Part shown: positions 1 through 10,408 of the stretch, in pieces
How the letters are laid out: every line of letters begins with the position of its first letter
Numbering within the stretch: the stretch's first letter is position 1
Source of the DNA: Octopus sinensis
Taxonomy: Eukaryota
Reading direction: 5' to 3'
NCBI RefSeq assembly: GCF_006345805.1
Contig: NW_021836630.1
Location: forward strand, 1 to 22,885
Length of the DNA stretch: 22,885 nucleotides
Translations under genes and position numbers: made by a program
The notes under the pieces: model-generated
Told to the model about the DNA's origin: nothing
The model's input: the letters and a program-made list of their open reading frames with translations, nothing else
The model's database searches: none

Positions 1-120
1 AGTACTAGACTTACAAAGAATAAGTCCTGGGGTCGATTTGCTCGACTAAAGGCGGTGCTCCAGCATGGCCGCAGTCAAATGAATGAAACAAGTAAAAAGC
101 AAAAAGTAAAAAGTAAGTAA
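1..120 (+). mobile_element. 3' end of SINE family A, cut by the window edge
   Basis: AGTACTAGACTTACAAAGAATAAGTCCTGGGGTCGATTTGCTCGACTAAAGGCGGTGCTCCAGCATGGCCGCAGTCAAATGA matches the 3' ends of the copies at 9652-10038, 16727-17128 and 20440-20842; A-rich (GTAAAAA)-like tail. Confidence 0.9.
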
Positions 121-429
121 ATAAAGTATATACATGTGTTAACAAACTATCCTAATTCATTTTAGAATAGTTTGGTTAAAATTATTTCCACAAGTGCCTC
201 TACTCTTTACTAATTTAGAAATAAACGCTGAATATCATAATGAGGCCATTAAACGATGTAGAACAAAGATATACTTTTCTATTATGGGAACACTAAACTT
301 AAACTAACACACATTTACAATGCAAACTATTGTAGGAAAACTAAGGATAAGAATAATAGCAGGAAAGCTAAATGAAACACTTTTGATTGAACAGCTTCCA
401 ATACTTCAACTAATCTAGAACAGTGGACA

Positions 430-744
430 GTGCATGTATCGTTGAAAATAATTGCACCTATAATCAAGACAGAATACAAGGAAATAATAAGCCTGCAAAC
501 GATTCGATTACGGGAGATCTTTATTTCCGTGGGGTTGATATTACCGCTGGGAAATATAACCCTAGCGCTAGTAGTAGGAAAAATCGTTGGAAGTCCGAGT
601 ATAATCCTCTCTTCACCATAATATGTAAACTACTCAGAAGTTATTTTTCGAGTTACTGGAAAGAAATTTTCCTCCTAAAGAATATTTAATAAGAGGCCGA
701 TTAAACTGTCATATTCAGCAATCTCTAACCTTGCAGCTATTATA
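430..744 (+). pseudogene. Decayed Penelope-like element (PLE), RT thumb/linker segment
   Basis: Frameshifted translation gives RKNRWKSEYNPLF (from 576) and RIFNKRPIKLSYSAISNLAAII (to 744), resembling the PLE motifs RxxxWFNPPF and KIFNRNTxKLSYSCMxNxxxII. Confidence 0.75.
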
Positions 745-1017
745 GTAGAACTTAGCTGCTCTTCTTTTAGTGACATTCAAATCACTTTTCTGTCTTTCAG
801 AAATGCCATCCTACTATAGATTAAAGCAATAAATATGAGCCTTGAATAGGGTCAACATTTGAAGTTTATATCTAGAAATGCCGTTTGATGAAAATAGGAG
901 TAAAATAAATTATCATAATGGACATGCCAAATCTATAAATCTGGAACGAATAACTGCAAAGAATGAACATATGATCATGGATTCTAAGGAAATTTAAATA
1001 AGCCTCCAGGTACGGAA

Positions 1018-1140
1018 AATAACTGTAATTGTACATCTAAAAATGATTGTTCCTTAGTTGGTTACTGTATCCTCAAGAATGTACTGTATAAGTGCATAGT
1101 GTATCGGAACTACAGCAAACCCGGTCAAGAAAAGAATATC
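1018..1140 (+). pseudogene. PLE Cys-rich linker and start of the GIY-YIG endonuclease
   Basis: NNCNCTSKNDCSLVGYCILKNVLYKCIV matches the PLE pattern CNCxxKxxCPLxGxCLxxNVIYKAxV. Confidence 0.8.
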
Positions 1141-1241
1141 TGTTCATGAGCATTTCTTTATTAATGGAAAATTAATTTTTTCTAGATCATTTGCAGAGTA
1201 TATTTTTACTGTGAAATCTAAAAATATAATGAAGTTACACA

Positions 1242-1750
1242 AAGCAGCGTTGAGTAAGTTATATTTGTGTAATGTCGTATTAATACGTTCGTGTACACTC
1301 AGGCATGGAAAAGCCTTTCTCTGCGGTATTAGTCTCGAAAGAACAACTTCCTTTAAATACTATGTGTGAAAATACATTAAGTTTAAATGACGTTATTGGA
1401 TCATAAAACGCTTGCGTTTTTTCTTTGCGTTCTTTTGCATCGTCAGCTACGAATATCAAATCTCTCCTTCACAACCTCCCAAAAATTCGTTCTTATATTA
1501 GAACAGCAAGCGGCAGGTTTGCTGAAGCAGCGTTGAATAAAATGTATTCATATAAAATCATATTCAACACGTTCGAGTACACTCGAACGTGGGAAAAAAT
1601 ACCTTTCATTGTGGAAGTAGTTTCCGATTAAAAAAAATTCTTTTCTTAAATGACATGGATGAAAACACATTAAGCTGTGATTAACATCGTTGGGTTGAAT
1701 GACACGTGTATTTCTGCAGTCTTTTGCATTGTCGGCTCCGAATATCAAAT
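1242..1750. repeat. Diverged ~285-bp direct duplication (1242-1461 and 1525-1750)
   Basis: Shared anchors AAGCAGCGTTGA, ACGTTCGNGTACACTC, TGAAAAYACATTAAG and TCTTTTGCATYGTCRGCTMCGAATATCAAAT recur at an offset of 283-289 bp. Confidence 0.8.
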
Positions 1751-1869
1751 GTGTCTTTAACAGTACCGTAGCAGTCCTTCACAGTACCATAACATAAGAA
1801 TAAATTGTTCTCTTATGTATTAGATCATTCCTCTAAAGTGCAAATTCTCTGTCAAAACATCTAAGAGCG

Positions 1870-2150
1870 TTCATAGGTTCTACTGCTTCAAAATTCAAGA
1901 CCAGAGTACATATTTTCTGTCATTCTTTTAAACACAAAAGAACAGAAAACCGCTCTTCATTGTCCAAGTTCATCTGGGACCTCAAAGAGAGGATTAGAGG
2001 CTACTCTATTTCGTGGTCTATAATAGGTAGCACCTTTCTTTGCAGAGGGGGACAGTAGTCGCTGTAATTTGTGTTCGGTGGACAAGCAAGACTCTCAATT
2101 TTAAATCCAACAAAATTAATAAACGTAATTGGTAATTAATTCTCCGTTCA
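1870..2150 (+). pseudogene. PLE GIY-YIG endonuclease C-terminal part, decayed
   Basis: FIGSTASKFKTRVHIFCHSFKHKRTENRSSLSKFIWDLKERIRGYSISWSIIG, then after frameshifts RCNLCSVDK and LNFKSNKINKR. This matches the PLE pattern YIGxTxxxFKxRxxxHxxSF...LSKxIWxLK...WxI...CNLCxxEK...NKR. Confidence 0.88.
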
Positions 2151-2442
2151 CATATTTAATAAAAAAAAACATTCTTAAATTTTCGAAATGAAAATCTTAT
2201 CTAATTAACTTACTTTAAGTCTAACTACGATTAATGCCTGCGTTCCCTTCTTACGGATTATCCTACTGCCTACTTAAACTATTATGTAATATTCAAAGTA
2301 CTCATTTCCTAACATATTTTTAGTCTTTTATCTAATTGCACTAATTTATCTATTGCACTAATTTAACTCAATTTTACTTTATTCTCTTTTATTTTATTCA
2401 CTTTAATTATAACGATTAAGTTATAACTTTTACATGCATATA

Positions 2443-2662
2443 CAGTAATCCCTCGCCATATCACGGTTCACCTATCGCGGTTTATTATTTAATCTTACGT
2501 CGATTCCTCCGTGGTGATGTTTTGCATTTATAATACAATAAATATATACAAATTATAAAAAGTAGTTTTTAAAAAATATACAGTACTGTTTCTACTTCGT
2601 GGATTTTCACTTATCGCGGGGCATTTTGGAACGTAACACCCGCGATAATCGAGGTATTACTG
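2443..2662. mobile_element. Tc1/mariner (pogo/Tigger-like) MITE, 220 bp
   Basis: TA|CAGTAATCCCTCG...CGAGGTATTACTG|TA; imperfect TIRs extending to the ATCRCGG motif; TA target duplication at 2441-2442 and 2663-2664. Confidence 0.85.
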
Positions 2663-2746
2663 TATTATTCTCCCAGTAGAACTTAGCTGCTCTTCTTTTA
2701 GTGATATTCAAATTTCTGTCTTTCAGAAATGCCATCCGACTTTACT

Positions 2747-3129
2747 GATGGAAGCACTCCGTCGGTTACGACGATGAGGGTTCCGGTTGATCCGAATCAA
2801 CGGAACAGCCTGCTCGTGAAATTAACGTGTAAGTGGCTGAGCACTCCACAGACACGTGCACCCTTAACGTAGTTCTCGGGGATATTCAGCGTGACAAAGA
2901 GAGTGACAAGGCCAGCCCCTTGAAATACAGGTACACAGAAACCGGAAGAAGAGTGAGAGAAGTTGTGGTGAAAGAGTACAGCAGGGATCACCACCATCCC
3001 CTGCCGGAGGCTCGTGGAGCTTTAGGTGTTTTCGTTCAATAAACACTCACAACGCCCGGTCTGGGAATCGAAACCGCGATCCCTATGACCGCGAGTCCGC
3101 TGCCCTAACCACTGGGCCATTGCGCCTCC
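2747..3129 (-). mobile_element. tRNA-derived SINE family C, full length with TSD
   Basis: The minus strand starts GGAGGCGCAATGGCCCAGTGGTTAGGGCAGCGG (A box) and has GGTTTCGATTCCC (B box). 11-bp TSD with one mismatch: CCGACTTTACT (2736-2746) / CCTACTTTACT (3130-3140). The 5' half is shared with 8518-8701. Confidence 0.9.
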
Positions 3130-3392
3130 CCTACTTTACTATAGATTAAAGCAATAAATAAGAGGTAGGGATTCTTTTTCTCAATTATCATTGGTCTGGC
3201 ATAATTTTTACACTTGCTAACATCTTGATCTCTCAAGACTGCAAGTTTATAATAAAGTAATTTGGTATGTCAGTTATCTACACTCTTCATCTAATGAATT
3301 ATTCAGATAAGCAATTCTTGATGTTTATAATTCTAACAGAGTGCAACCTACTTCCACAGTATCTATGCTTGTTGGAACCCTGAAAATATACC

Positions 3393-3619
3393 TATTTCTT
3401 TACTACCCACAAGGGGCTAAAAACAGAGGAGACAAACAAGGACAGACACATGGATTAAGTCGATTACATCGACCCCCAGCGTAACTGGTACGTATTTAAT
3501 CGACCCCGAAAGGACGAAAGGCAAAGTCGACCTCGGCGGAATTTGAACTCAGAACGTAACAGCAGACGAAATACGGCTACGCATTTCGCCCGGCATGCTA
3601 ACGTTTCTGCCAGCTCGCC
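3393..3619 (-). mobile_element. tRNA-derived SINE family B, monomer
   Basis: Minus strand GGCGAGCTGGCAGAAACGTTAGC...GAGTTCAAATTCC...GCCTTTCGTCCTTTCGGGGTCGATTAAATACGTACCAG. Perfect 15-bp TSD CCCTGAAAATATACC (3378-3392 / 3618-3632, overlapping the 5' end). The central block resembles the Meta-domain type of SINE core (recalled, not searched). Confidence 0.92.
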
Positions 3620-3695
3620 CTGAAAATATACCATATTAACTTTAAGGTCTGATGAGAACGGTTGTGGGCCAACTGTTTTATTAAATAAATGATTA

Positions 3696-4207
3696 CCGTA
3701 AATCCTCGAGTATAGTCCACCCTTGAGTATAATACGCAGTGGATTTTTAGAGGGCTGTACCTCTGAAAAACCTAAACCTTGTGTATAATACTCACCCCTT
3801 CTCTAACTTGAGTCAAGGAGGTCAATATTACGTCCTTGATTTGTAAAAATGTATCCGGTAACGTCCTTTATTATTAATGTATATATAACATAATGCAAAC
3901 GTGTAGCATTTTTGTGCATTTTGTTTGCAGAAAATAAAGAAATAACAGTAATAACGTTTAATGAATGTTGCTTACTGCAATTTATGGATGATTCTTTTAT
4001 GACTTCATTGCTTTCAGGCTTAGCTTAAGGTATTTTCGCGCCCGAAATCACAAAATGCGTCTGAATAAAGATTATAGGACAGCAAATAGAGACTGGGACA
4101 TTGCTTAGAAAATAATTTTCATTTTTAACCTCGTATATAGTACGCACGGGGGATTTTGACCTTTAGATTTTGGGGAAAAAATGCGGATTATACTCGAGGA
4201 TTAACGG
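3696..4207. mobile_element. Tc1/mariner (pogo-like) non-autonomous element, 512 bp
   Basis: TA|CCGTAAATCCTCGAGTATA...TATACTCGAGGATTAACGG|TA; TIR matches 18/19; TA TSD; subterminal GAGTATAATACGCA-like repeats; no ORF. Confidence 0.85.
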
Positions 4208-4335
4208 TAGTTATTTGAATAGTTGTGCATACAAACCAATGCATAGCGAGGAAACAGTTCCTCCCATCACTCTAAACGATCGTAATCTTGAATAAAGTTA
4301 TGTAACAACATAATATTCATTTTTCTGGTTGATAT

Positions 4336-4365
4336 AGACAGACAGGCAGGCAAACAAACAAACAA

Positions 4366-4442
<77 letters not shown>

Positions 4443-4465
4443 TAGATAGATAGATAGATAGATAG

Positions 4466-4502
<37 letters not shown>

Positions 4503-4524
4503 TAAAATGTAGAATGAGTATATA

Positions 4525-4561
<37 letters not shown>
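4336..4561. repeat. Compound microsatellite (CAAA)n-(CAGA)n-(TAGA)n followed by (GT)n
   Basis: Read directly from the sequence. Confidence 0.97.
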
Positions 4562-4564
<3 letters not shown>

Positions 4565-4767
4565 AGTGCAGCAAAATTTAGATTCTAATGAATATGGTCA
4601 GATGCACCAGAATTTTGTACGGTATTATCCATATAAATCCATGGGGTGATTATAATCAAAGTAAGCATTTTAAAACTGATGTAATGCTTACAATGTTTAA
4701 TAAAATGATGTAGCATGAAACGATCGTACCAAATTACCGAAGATATTCTTGTTGCTTACTTTGATTG

Positions 4768-4828
4768 TGTATATATATATCATATATATACTTTGATTGT
4801 ATATATGATATATATTATTATATATATC

Positions 4829-4860
<32 letters not shown>
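4768..4860. repeat. Imperfect (TA)n tract
   Basis: Read directly from the sequence. Confidence 0.9.
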
Positions 4861-5060
4861 GCAGGGGAGTGGGCAACATCCTTTCTATGAGAGGAGATGC
4901 TAACCTTCCTGCGCATGCGTAAAGATTTTCAAGTCGGTAGGAAGCGCCATCTCCTGGTTGTTATGCCTAGAGTACAGACGTGTAGTGCGCGCTCGTCGTG
5001 AAAATTTCCACATATGCAGAGCAATTTTGTCCAAGTCGGATACTATTTGAACACACCTTG

Positions 5061-5520
5061 TATGTATGTATGTATGTATGTATGTATGTATGTATGTATG
5101 TATGTATGTATGTATGTGTGTATGTATGTATGTATGTATGTATGTATGTATGTATTTATGTTTGTATGTATATATGTAAGTATGTATGTATGTATGTATG
5201 TATGTGTATGTATGTATGTATGTATGTATGTATGTGCATTTGTATGTATGAATGTATGAATGTTTGTATGTATGTATGTATGTATGAATGTTTGTATGTA
5301 TGTATGCATGCATGTATGTATGTATTATGCATGCATGTATGTGTGTATGCATGCATGCATGTATGTATGTATTATGCATGCATGTATGTATGTATGCATG
5401 CATGCATGTATGTATGTATGTATGTATGCATGTATGTATGCATGTATGTATGTATGTATGTATGTATGCATGTATGTATGTATGCATGTATGTATGCATG
5501 TATGTATGCATGTATGTATG

Positions 5521-5554
<34 letters not shown>

Positions 5555-5623
5555 TGTATGTATGTATGTATGTATGCATGCATGCATGCATGCATGTATG
5601 TATGTATGTATGTATGTATGTAT
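5061..5623. repeat. ~560-bp (TATG)n array with CATG, AATG and TGTG variants
   Basis: Read directly; explains the MYVC/HTYI pseudo-ORFs. Confidence 0.98.
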
Positions 5624-6256
5624 CGCACAGATCTTTGGAAATGATTTCGAGAGAAAACAATACGTTTCATTTAACAGGGAAGTTAAGAAAACATTGTAAT
5701 TCATAAGCATAACTTGCTACACATCTCCATACAATCAACAAAATATTTATTAAAATAACAACAACAACAACAGTGTGACCAGCTAAATAAAAAAGCAAAA
5801 ACACCCCGTGCCTCCTCCGCAAATTCAGCTGAAGACAATTGATAAGGAACAACAGTGGAGGCTGTTTAACGCGAGAGTTTTAATTACTACAAGCTATTAA
5901 TATACACAGAGCCAAAGATATGAATATTAGAAATGAGCGACAAGATTCATATCTCGTGTGAAAGTGAACCACAAAACCTCTCTTAAACTTACAACTCATT
6001 TAGCTGCAGTTTAATGTAATTATCGGCGAAAATTGGGGGACTGAACCTCATGTTAACGCTAATTAATATGCGAAAGCCAAAGCTCCCAAAACTAAAAAGT
6101 GAAAAACAAAAAACAAAAAAAAAAGAAGTAAGAAAGAAAAAAATGAAAGTAAGAAAATGAAAAATACTTCTTTAATGAGCTACTGATACCCAGATATAGA
6201 TGGCGAGAGATGATGAGATCATGAAAATAATCTCGCGCAGTCGGCTATCTATACGT

Positions 6257-6257
<1 letters not shown>

Positions 6258-6313
<56 letters not shown>

Positions 6314-6486
6314 TATGTGTGTGTGCCTGTCTGTATGCACGTATGCATGTATGCATCCGTATATATATATATATATATATATGCATACATATAAACATAT
6401 ATATATACATATATATTTATACATATATATATACATATATATATATGTATGTATATGTATGTATATATATATATGTGTGTGTGTAT
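6258..6486. repeat. (GT)n / (TA)n compound microsatellite
   Basis: Read directly from the sequence. Confidence 0.95.
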
Positions 6487-6487
6487 A

Positions 6488-6670
6488 GGGGGAGAATTCA
6501 CGAAAAAAACAAAAGACGAAGACAGGTGGTGTACAATACAAACAGATGTATTAGTATAACGCTCAGGAATTGAAAAAGTCTTTTACGTTTCGAGCCTACG
6601 CTCTTCTACAGAAAGGGAGATAGAAAAAACAAGGAGAGAAATAAATGTGTGTAGTGGCTAACGATCTATC
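6488..6670 (-). mobile_element. Microsatellite-embedded ~180-bp element with a minimal hammerhead-like core (6578-6617)
   Basis: Minus strand CTTT-CTGTAGA-A-GAGC-GTAG-GCTC-GAAA-CGTA-AAAG. The core has a substitution (CUGUAGA rather than CUGANGA). Flanks resemble 21066-21282. Confidence 0.6.
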
Positions 6671-6912
6671 ATGGCGATATAGATAGATAGATACATACAT
6701 ATTTCTTTTTTATTTGTTTCAGTCATTACTGCGATATGTGTGTGTGTAAGTATATGTATATTACATACACACATACTTATGTGAATAAAACAAAATTCAA
6801 AATCGAAAAACTTTACACCGTCACCGCCAGCAAAACGAAAAGAAATCTTCAAAAACAATAAGTCAAAGATAATATTATGAAACGGCTTCAGTGAGCCTAA
6901 AGATTAAAGCAA

Positions 6913-6927
6913 AGGAAGAAAGAAAGC

Positions 6928-6979
<52 letters not shown>

Positions 6980-7012
6980 ATGCAAGAAAGAAAGGAAGGA
7001 AGGAAGGAAGAA
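6913..7012. repeat. (GAAA)n/(GGAA)n purine tract
   Basis: Read directly from the sequence. Confidence 0.95.
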
Positions 7013-7689
7013 GTCCGTACTGATATTTTAGTTATCTCAGATGAAGAACGGAAGTTTATGAAAAACTAAATAAGAGACGTCATTGTCTGGCACCAATAGA
7101 ACTGGCCGTATGACAGGGTTCTATGGAACTCTCTTTCTCCCTCCCTCCCTCCCTCACTTTTTCCCGCTCTTTCTCTCTTCCTTTCACTCATCTTTCCTCT
7201 TACACCCTCTCTAATTTCTTCGTTTGATTTGATTTGATTTTTTTTGTTTTGTTTTGTTTTATTCTTACAATTAAACGTTTCTTTTTCTGTGGAACGAATT
7301 CATGAGTTGTGCATTCAAATGTATGTATGCACGCATGTGCACACACACACACACTCACACACTCACACATGTATACATGAATACTTATAGGACTTGTATG
7401 TATGTTTTACTATGAGTTTTAAGTTCGTAAGAAGGTTCAAACCGATCGCTAACAAAAAAGTGACAAAACTTTTTGAGTTCCCAGTATTTGTAAATATATC
7501 GTTGAGGTGGTGTGTTTGTTGGACTGTCAATACACATCGCCCCAAAATATATGCATCTATTCATCTAAAGAATCTCAAATGGAGTATTTTGGGAATGTCT
7601 CACAAGTTGCCACTGTGCCAGATTAGATTTGGAGAATGCGCGTCATTTTCTTCGAAAACCCTAGCATTTCTTGGTACATAAGAATTTTT

Positions 7690-8075
<386 letters not shown>

Positions 8076-8276
8076 ATTTTTAAGGATGTATGTATGTGTA
8101 TATATATGTGTGTGTGTGTGCGCGCGCATGTATGTATGCCTACGTGAATGTATACATGAATGCATGTATGTACAACTCCATCCCATGGATGGTCATCATG
8201 GTTGAGTCCATGAAATCCCTCAAATCACTTCCAAAAAGAAAAGAACCTAAAAGAAAATTAACGCCCGTTCCAGTTT

Positions 8277-8515
8277 AGGCGAATGGCTTTGCGGTCAGGG
8301 CTTTGCACTCACGATCGCTAGATCGTGTGTTCGATTCCCGGAACTGATGGCGTCGTGTTGTGTTCTTGAGTAAAACATTTCATTTCACTGCTGTGTCCAG
8401 GTCCTGTATGCCAAAGAATAGATCCAACGTTTTCTCTGAGTGTCGTAAAAGGCGACTAAAAGAGGTTGAGTTAGGGTTTGCTCTCCGACATCTAAAACCC
8501 TCAACAGCATCGACA
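8277..8515 (+). mobile_element. Diverged tRNA-headed SINE family D
   Basis: B-box-like GTTCGATTCCC, then GTTGTGTTCTTGAGTAAAACATTTCATTTCACTG (CORE/V-type-like central block), then TGTCGTAAAAGGCGACTAAAAGAGG...CTCCGACATCTAA...CAGCATCGAC, shared with 11103-11180. Confidence 0.6.
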
Positions 8516-8517
8516 GT

Positions 8518-8825
8518 GGAGGGGCAATGGCCCAGTGGTTAGGGCAGCGGACTCGCGGTCGTAGGATAACGGTTTCGATTCCCAGACCGGGCGTTGTGAG
8601 TGTTTATTGAGCGAAAACACCTAAAGCTCCACGAGGCTCCGGCAAGGGGGTGGTGGCGATCCCTGCTGTACTCTTTCGCCACAACTTCCTCTCACTCTTT
8701 CATCTGTTGGCCTGCTCGCTTAGCCAGCGGGGTGGCGTCATGTGAAGGCGCAAAACAATGCGAAGCGCATTGTGACCAGCGATGTGTAGCAACATCTGAT
8801 AGCCTGGTCTGTCACGTGGTGGGAC
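8518..8825 (+). mobile_element. tRNA-derived SINE family C variant with a different 3' tail
   Basis: GGAGGGGCAATGGCCCAGTGGTTAGGGCAGCGG...GGTTTCGATTCCC. Near-identical to the 2747-3129 copy up to ...CTCTCACTCTT (~8700), unrelated afterwards. Confidence 0.85.
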
Positions 8826-8845
8826 ATATATATATATATACACCC

Positions 8846-8882
<37 letters not shown>

Positions 8883-9273
8883 TATATTTACATATATTTT
8901 CATTACACGTCCCACATTCCTCTTGCTTTTACATCACATTCACGCCTGCTTCCACTTTTTTACTTCAGCACATTCTACCCACACACTAAAAGATAGCACA
9001 AACCAACACCCCCAAACGCCAGCTAATATAAGTACTACACTTCCGTACATGCACGTCTCTACAACGCATACACGCACACCAAAACTACACACTCACAGCA
9101 CTTCTTCCTTATGCATATGTCAAAACACAGATACATGTCTAAACGTGTACGCACACATACTACAGTCTTTCCTCCTTTATAACTCCCCTATAGAATTGCG
9201 TCCCCACCCTATCGTGCATTTTCTTCCTCAGTCACTTTTTCTCTTTTACCCGCTACCTTTACTTCTAGACTTT

Positions 9274-9310
9274 TCTTCTGATGAAGGACTAGCGTCCGAA
9301 ACGTTACCTC
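9274..9310 (+). ncRNA. Minimal type I hammerhead ribozyme core candidate
   Basis: CTGATGA (9278-9284)-A-GGAC-TAGC-GTCC-GAAA (9298-9301)-CGTT; palindromic AACGTT at stem III; stem I is weak. Confidence 0.65.
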
Positions 9311-9651
9311 TCTTTCCCTTATTTTTTTAAGCCTTACACTAATACAATATTACTTAAAACGTGTACCTTTTTTCTGCTCCGCTAAATTATTCACCTATAT
9401 TTAATATTTGCATATTTTTCATCATAAAGTTCAAGAAAGAACTGACAAAGAAGGCCTCACATCAAACTCCCTGGTGAGACGGGAATTTTCAAAGGATTTT
9501 GTCGATGGTATCATTCCCATATGACCCGCAGTGATTAAACTTTAAGGATATAATACCACAGGCTTTTCCCGCGTTCTTTAGCATAAACTATCGCTATTAA
9601 CAGAGTCTGTGATTTAACAAAATAATACCAGGTCAGAATCATGAACAATTA

Positions 9652-9812
9652 GGGCGTAGCAGTGGCTGTGTGGTAAGTAGCTTGCTTACGAACCACATGG
9701 TACCGGGTTCAGTCCCACTGCGTGGCACCTTAGGCAAGTGTCTTCTACTTTAGTCTCGGGCCGACCAAAGCCTTGTGAGTGGATTTGGTAGACGGAAACA
9801 TGTGTGTGTGTG

Positions 9813-9845
<33 letters not shown>

Positions 9846-10038
9846 ACGTTTGTGTGTCTGTGTTTGTCCCCCCAGCATCGCTTGACAACCGATGCTGGTG
9901 TGGTTACGTCCTCGTAACTTAGTGGTTCAGCAAAAGCGACCGATAGAATAAGTACTAGGCTTACAAAGAATAAGTCTTGGGGTCGATTTGCTCGACTAAA
10001 AGGCGGTGTTCCAGCATGGCCACAGTCAAAATGACTGG
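9652..10038 (+). mobile_element. SINE family A, near full length
   Basis: GGCGTAGCAGTGGCTGTGTGGTAAG (A box), GGTTCAGTCCC (B box), GGCAAGTGTCTTCTACT central block, internal (GT)n, family A tail. Confidence 0.92.
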
Positions 10039-10074
10039 AGCTAGAGTAAAGCATATACCTAGAGTTAACAGAAT

Positions 10075-10076
10075 AC

Positions 10077-10113
<37 letters not shown>

Positions 10114-10275
10114 ATATATTATATATAGATCTATATATAATATACACCAAATATATACGTATATATGCGCATATATATATATATATATATAAATTATATA
10201 TATATAGAGAGAGAGATACATGCATACATACATACATATATGCATGCAAGTATACATATATGTACACATATCTAC
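10075..10275. repeat. (TA)n/(CATA)n tract
   Basis: Read directly from the sequence. Confidence 0.9.
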
Positions 10276-10336
10276 ATGCATGTGTTTGGGGTGCGTGAGT
10301 ATCTGTGTCTGCATGGAAGTGTGTGGTAATGCTTTG

Positions 10337-10408
10337 TTCTGAATTTACTAGACAACGTGATCGACTTTCCCTTTCATCGTTTAGCTCTAACTGGATATCC
10401 AGTTACAT
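10337..10408 (+). mobile_element. Old, diverged SINE-B-like fragment
   Basis: GTTCTGAATTTACTAGACAACGTGATCGACTTTCCCTTTCATCGTTT versus family B GTTCTGAGTTCAAATTCCGCCGAGGTCGACTTTGCCTTTCATCCTTT. Confidence 0.55.

Noticed and set aside
786-840. Splice-acceptor-like TTTTCTGTCTTTCAG followed by a possible micro-exon
   Set aside because: All three frames hit stop codons within ~40 nt and there is no supporting gene context.
1295-1330. HSGMEKPF as a C2H2 zinc-finger linker
   Set aside because: No CxxC...HxxxH spacing and the repeat period is not a multiple of 84 bp.
3649-3678. CTGATGA followed by a 9-bp hairpin (hammerhead-like)
   Set aside because: The required GAAA after stem II is absent (TATTAAA follows instead).
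4900-5710. Long ORFs on both strands (up to 256 aa)
   Set aside because: Translations of the (TATG)n array, which lacks stop codons in several frames.
10388-10405. Perfect 18-bp palindrome TAACTGGATATCCAGTTA
   Set aside because: Half of it derives from the decayed SINE B motif CCAGTTAC; likely a local fold-back event with no evidence of function.
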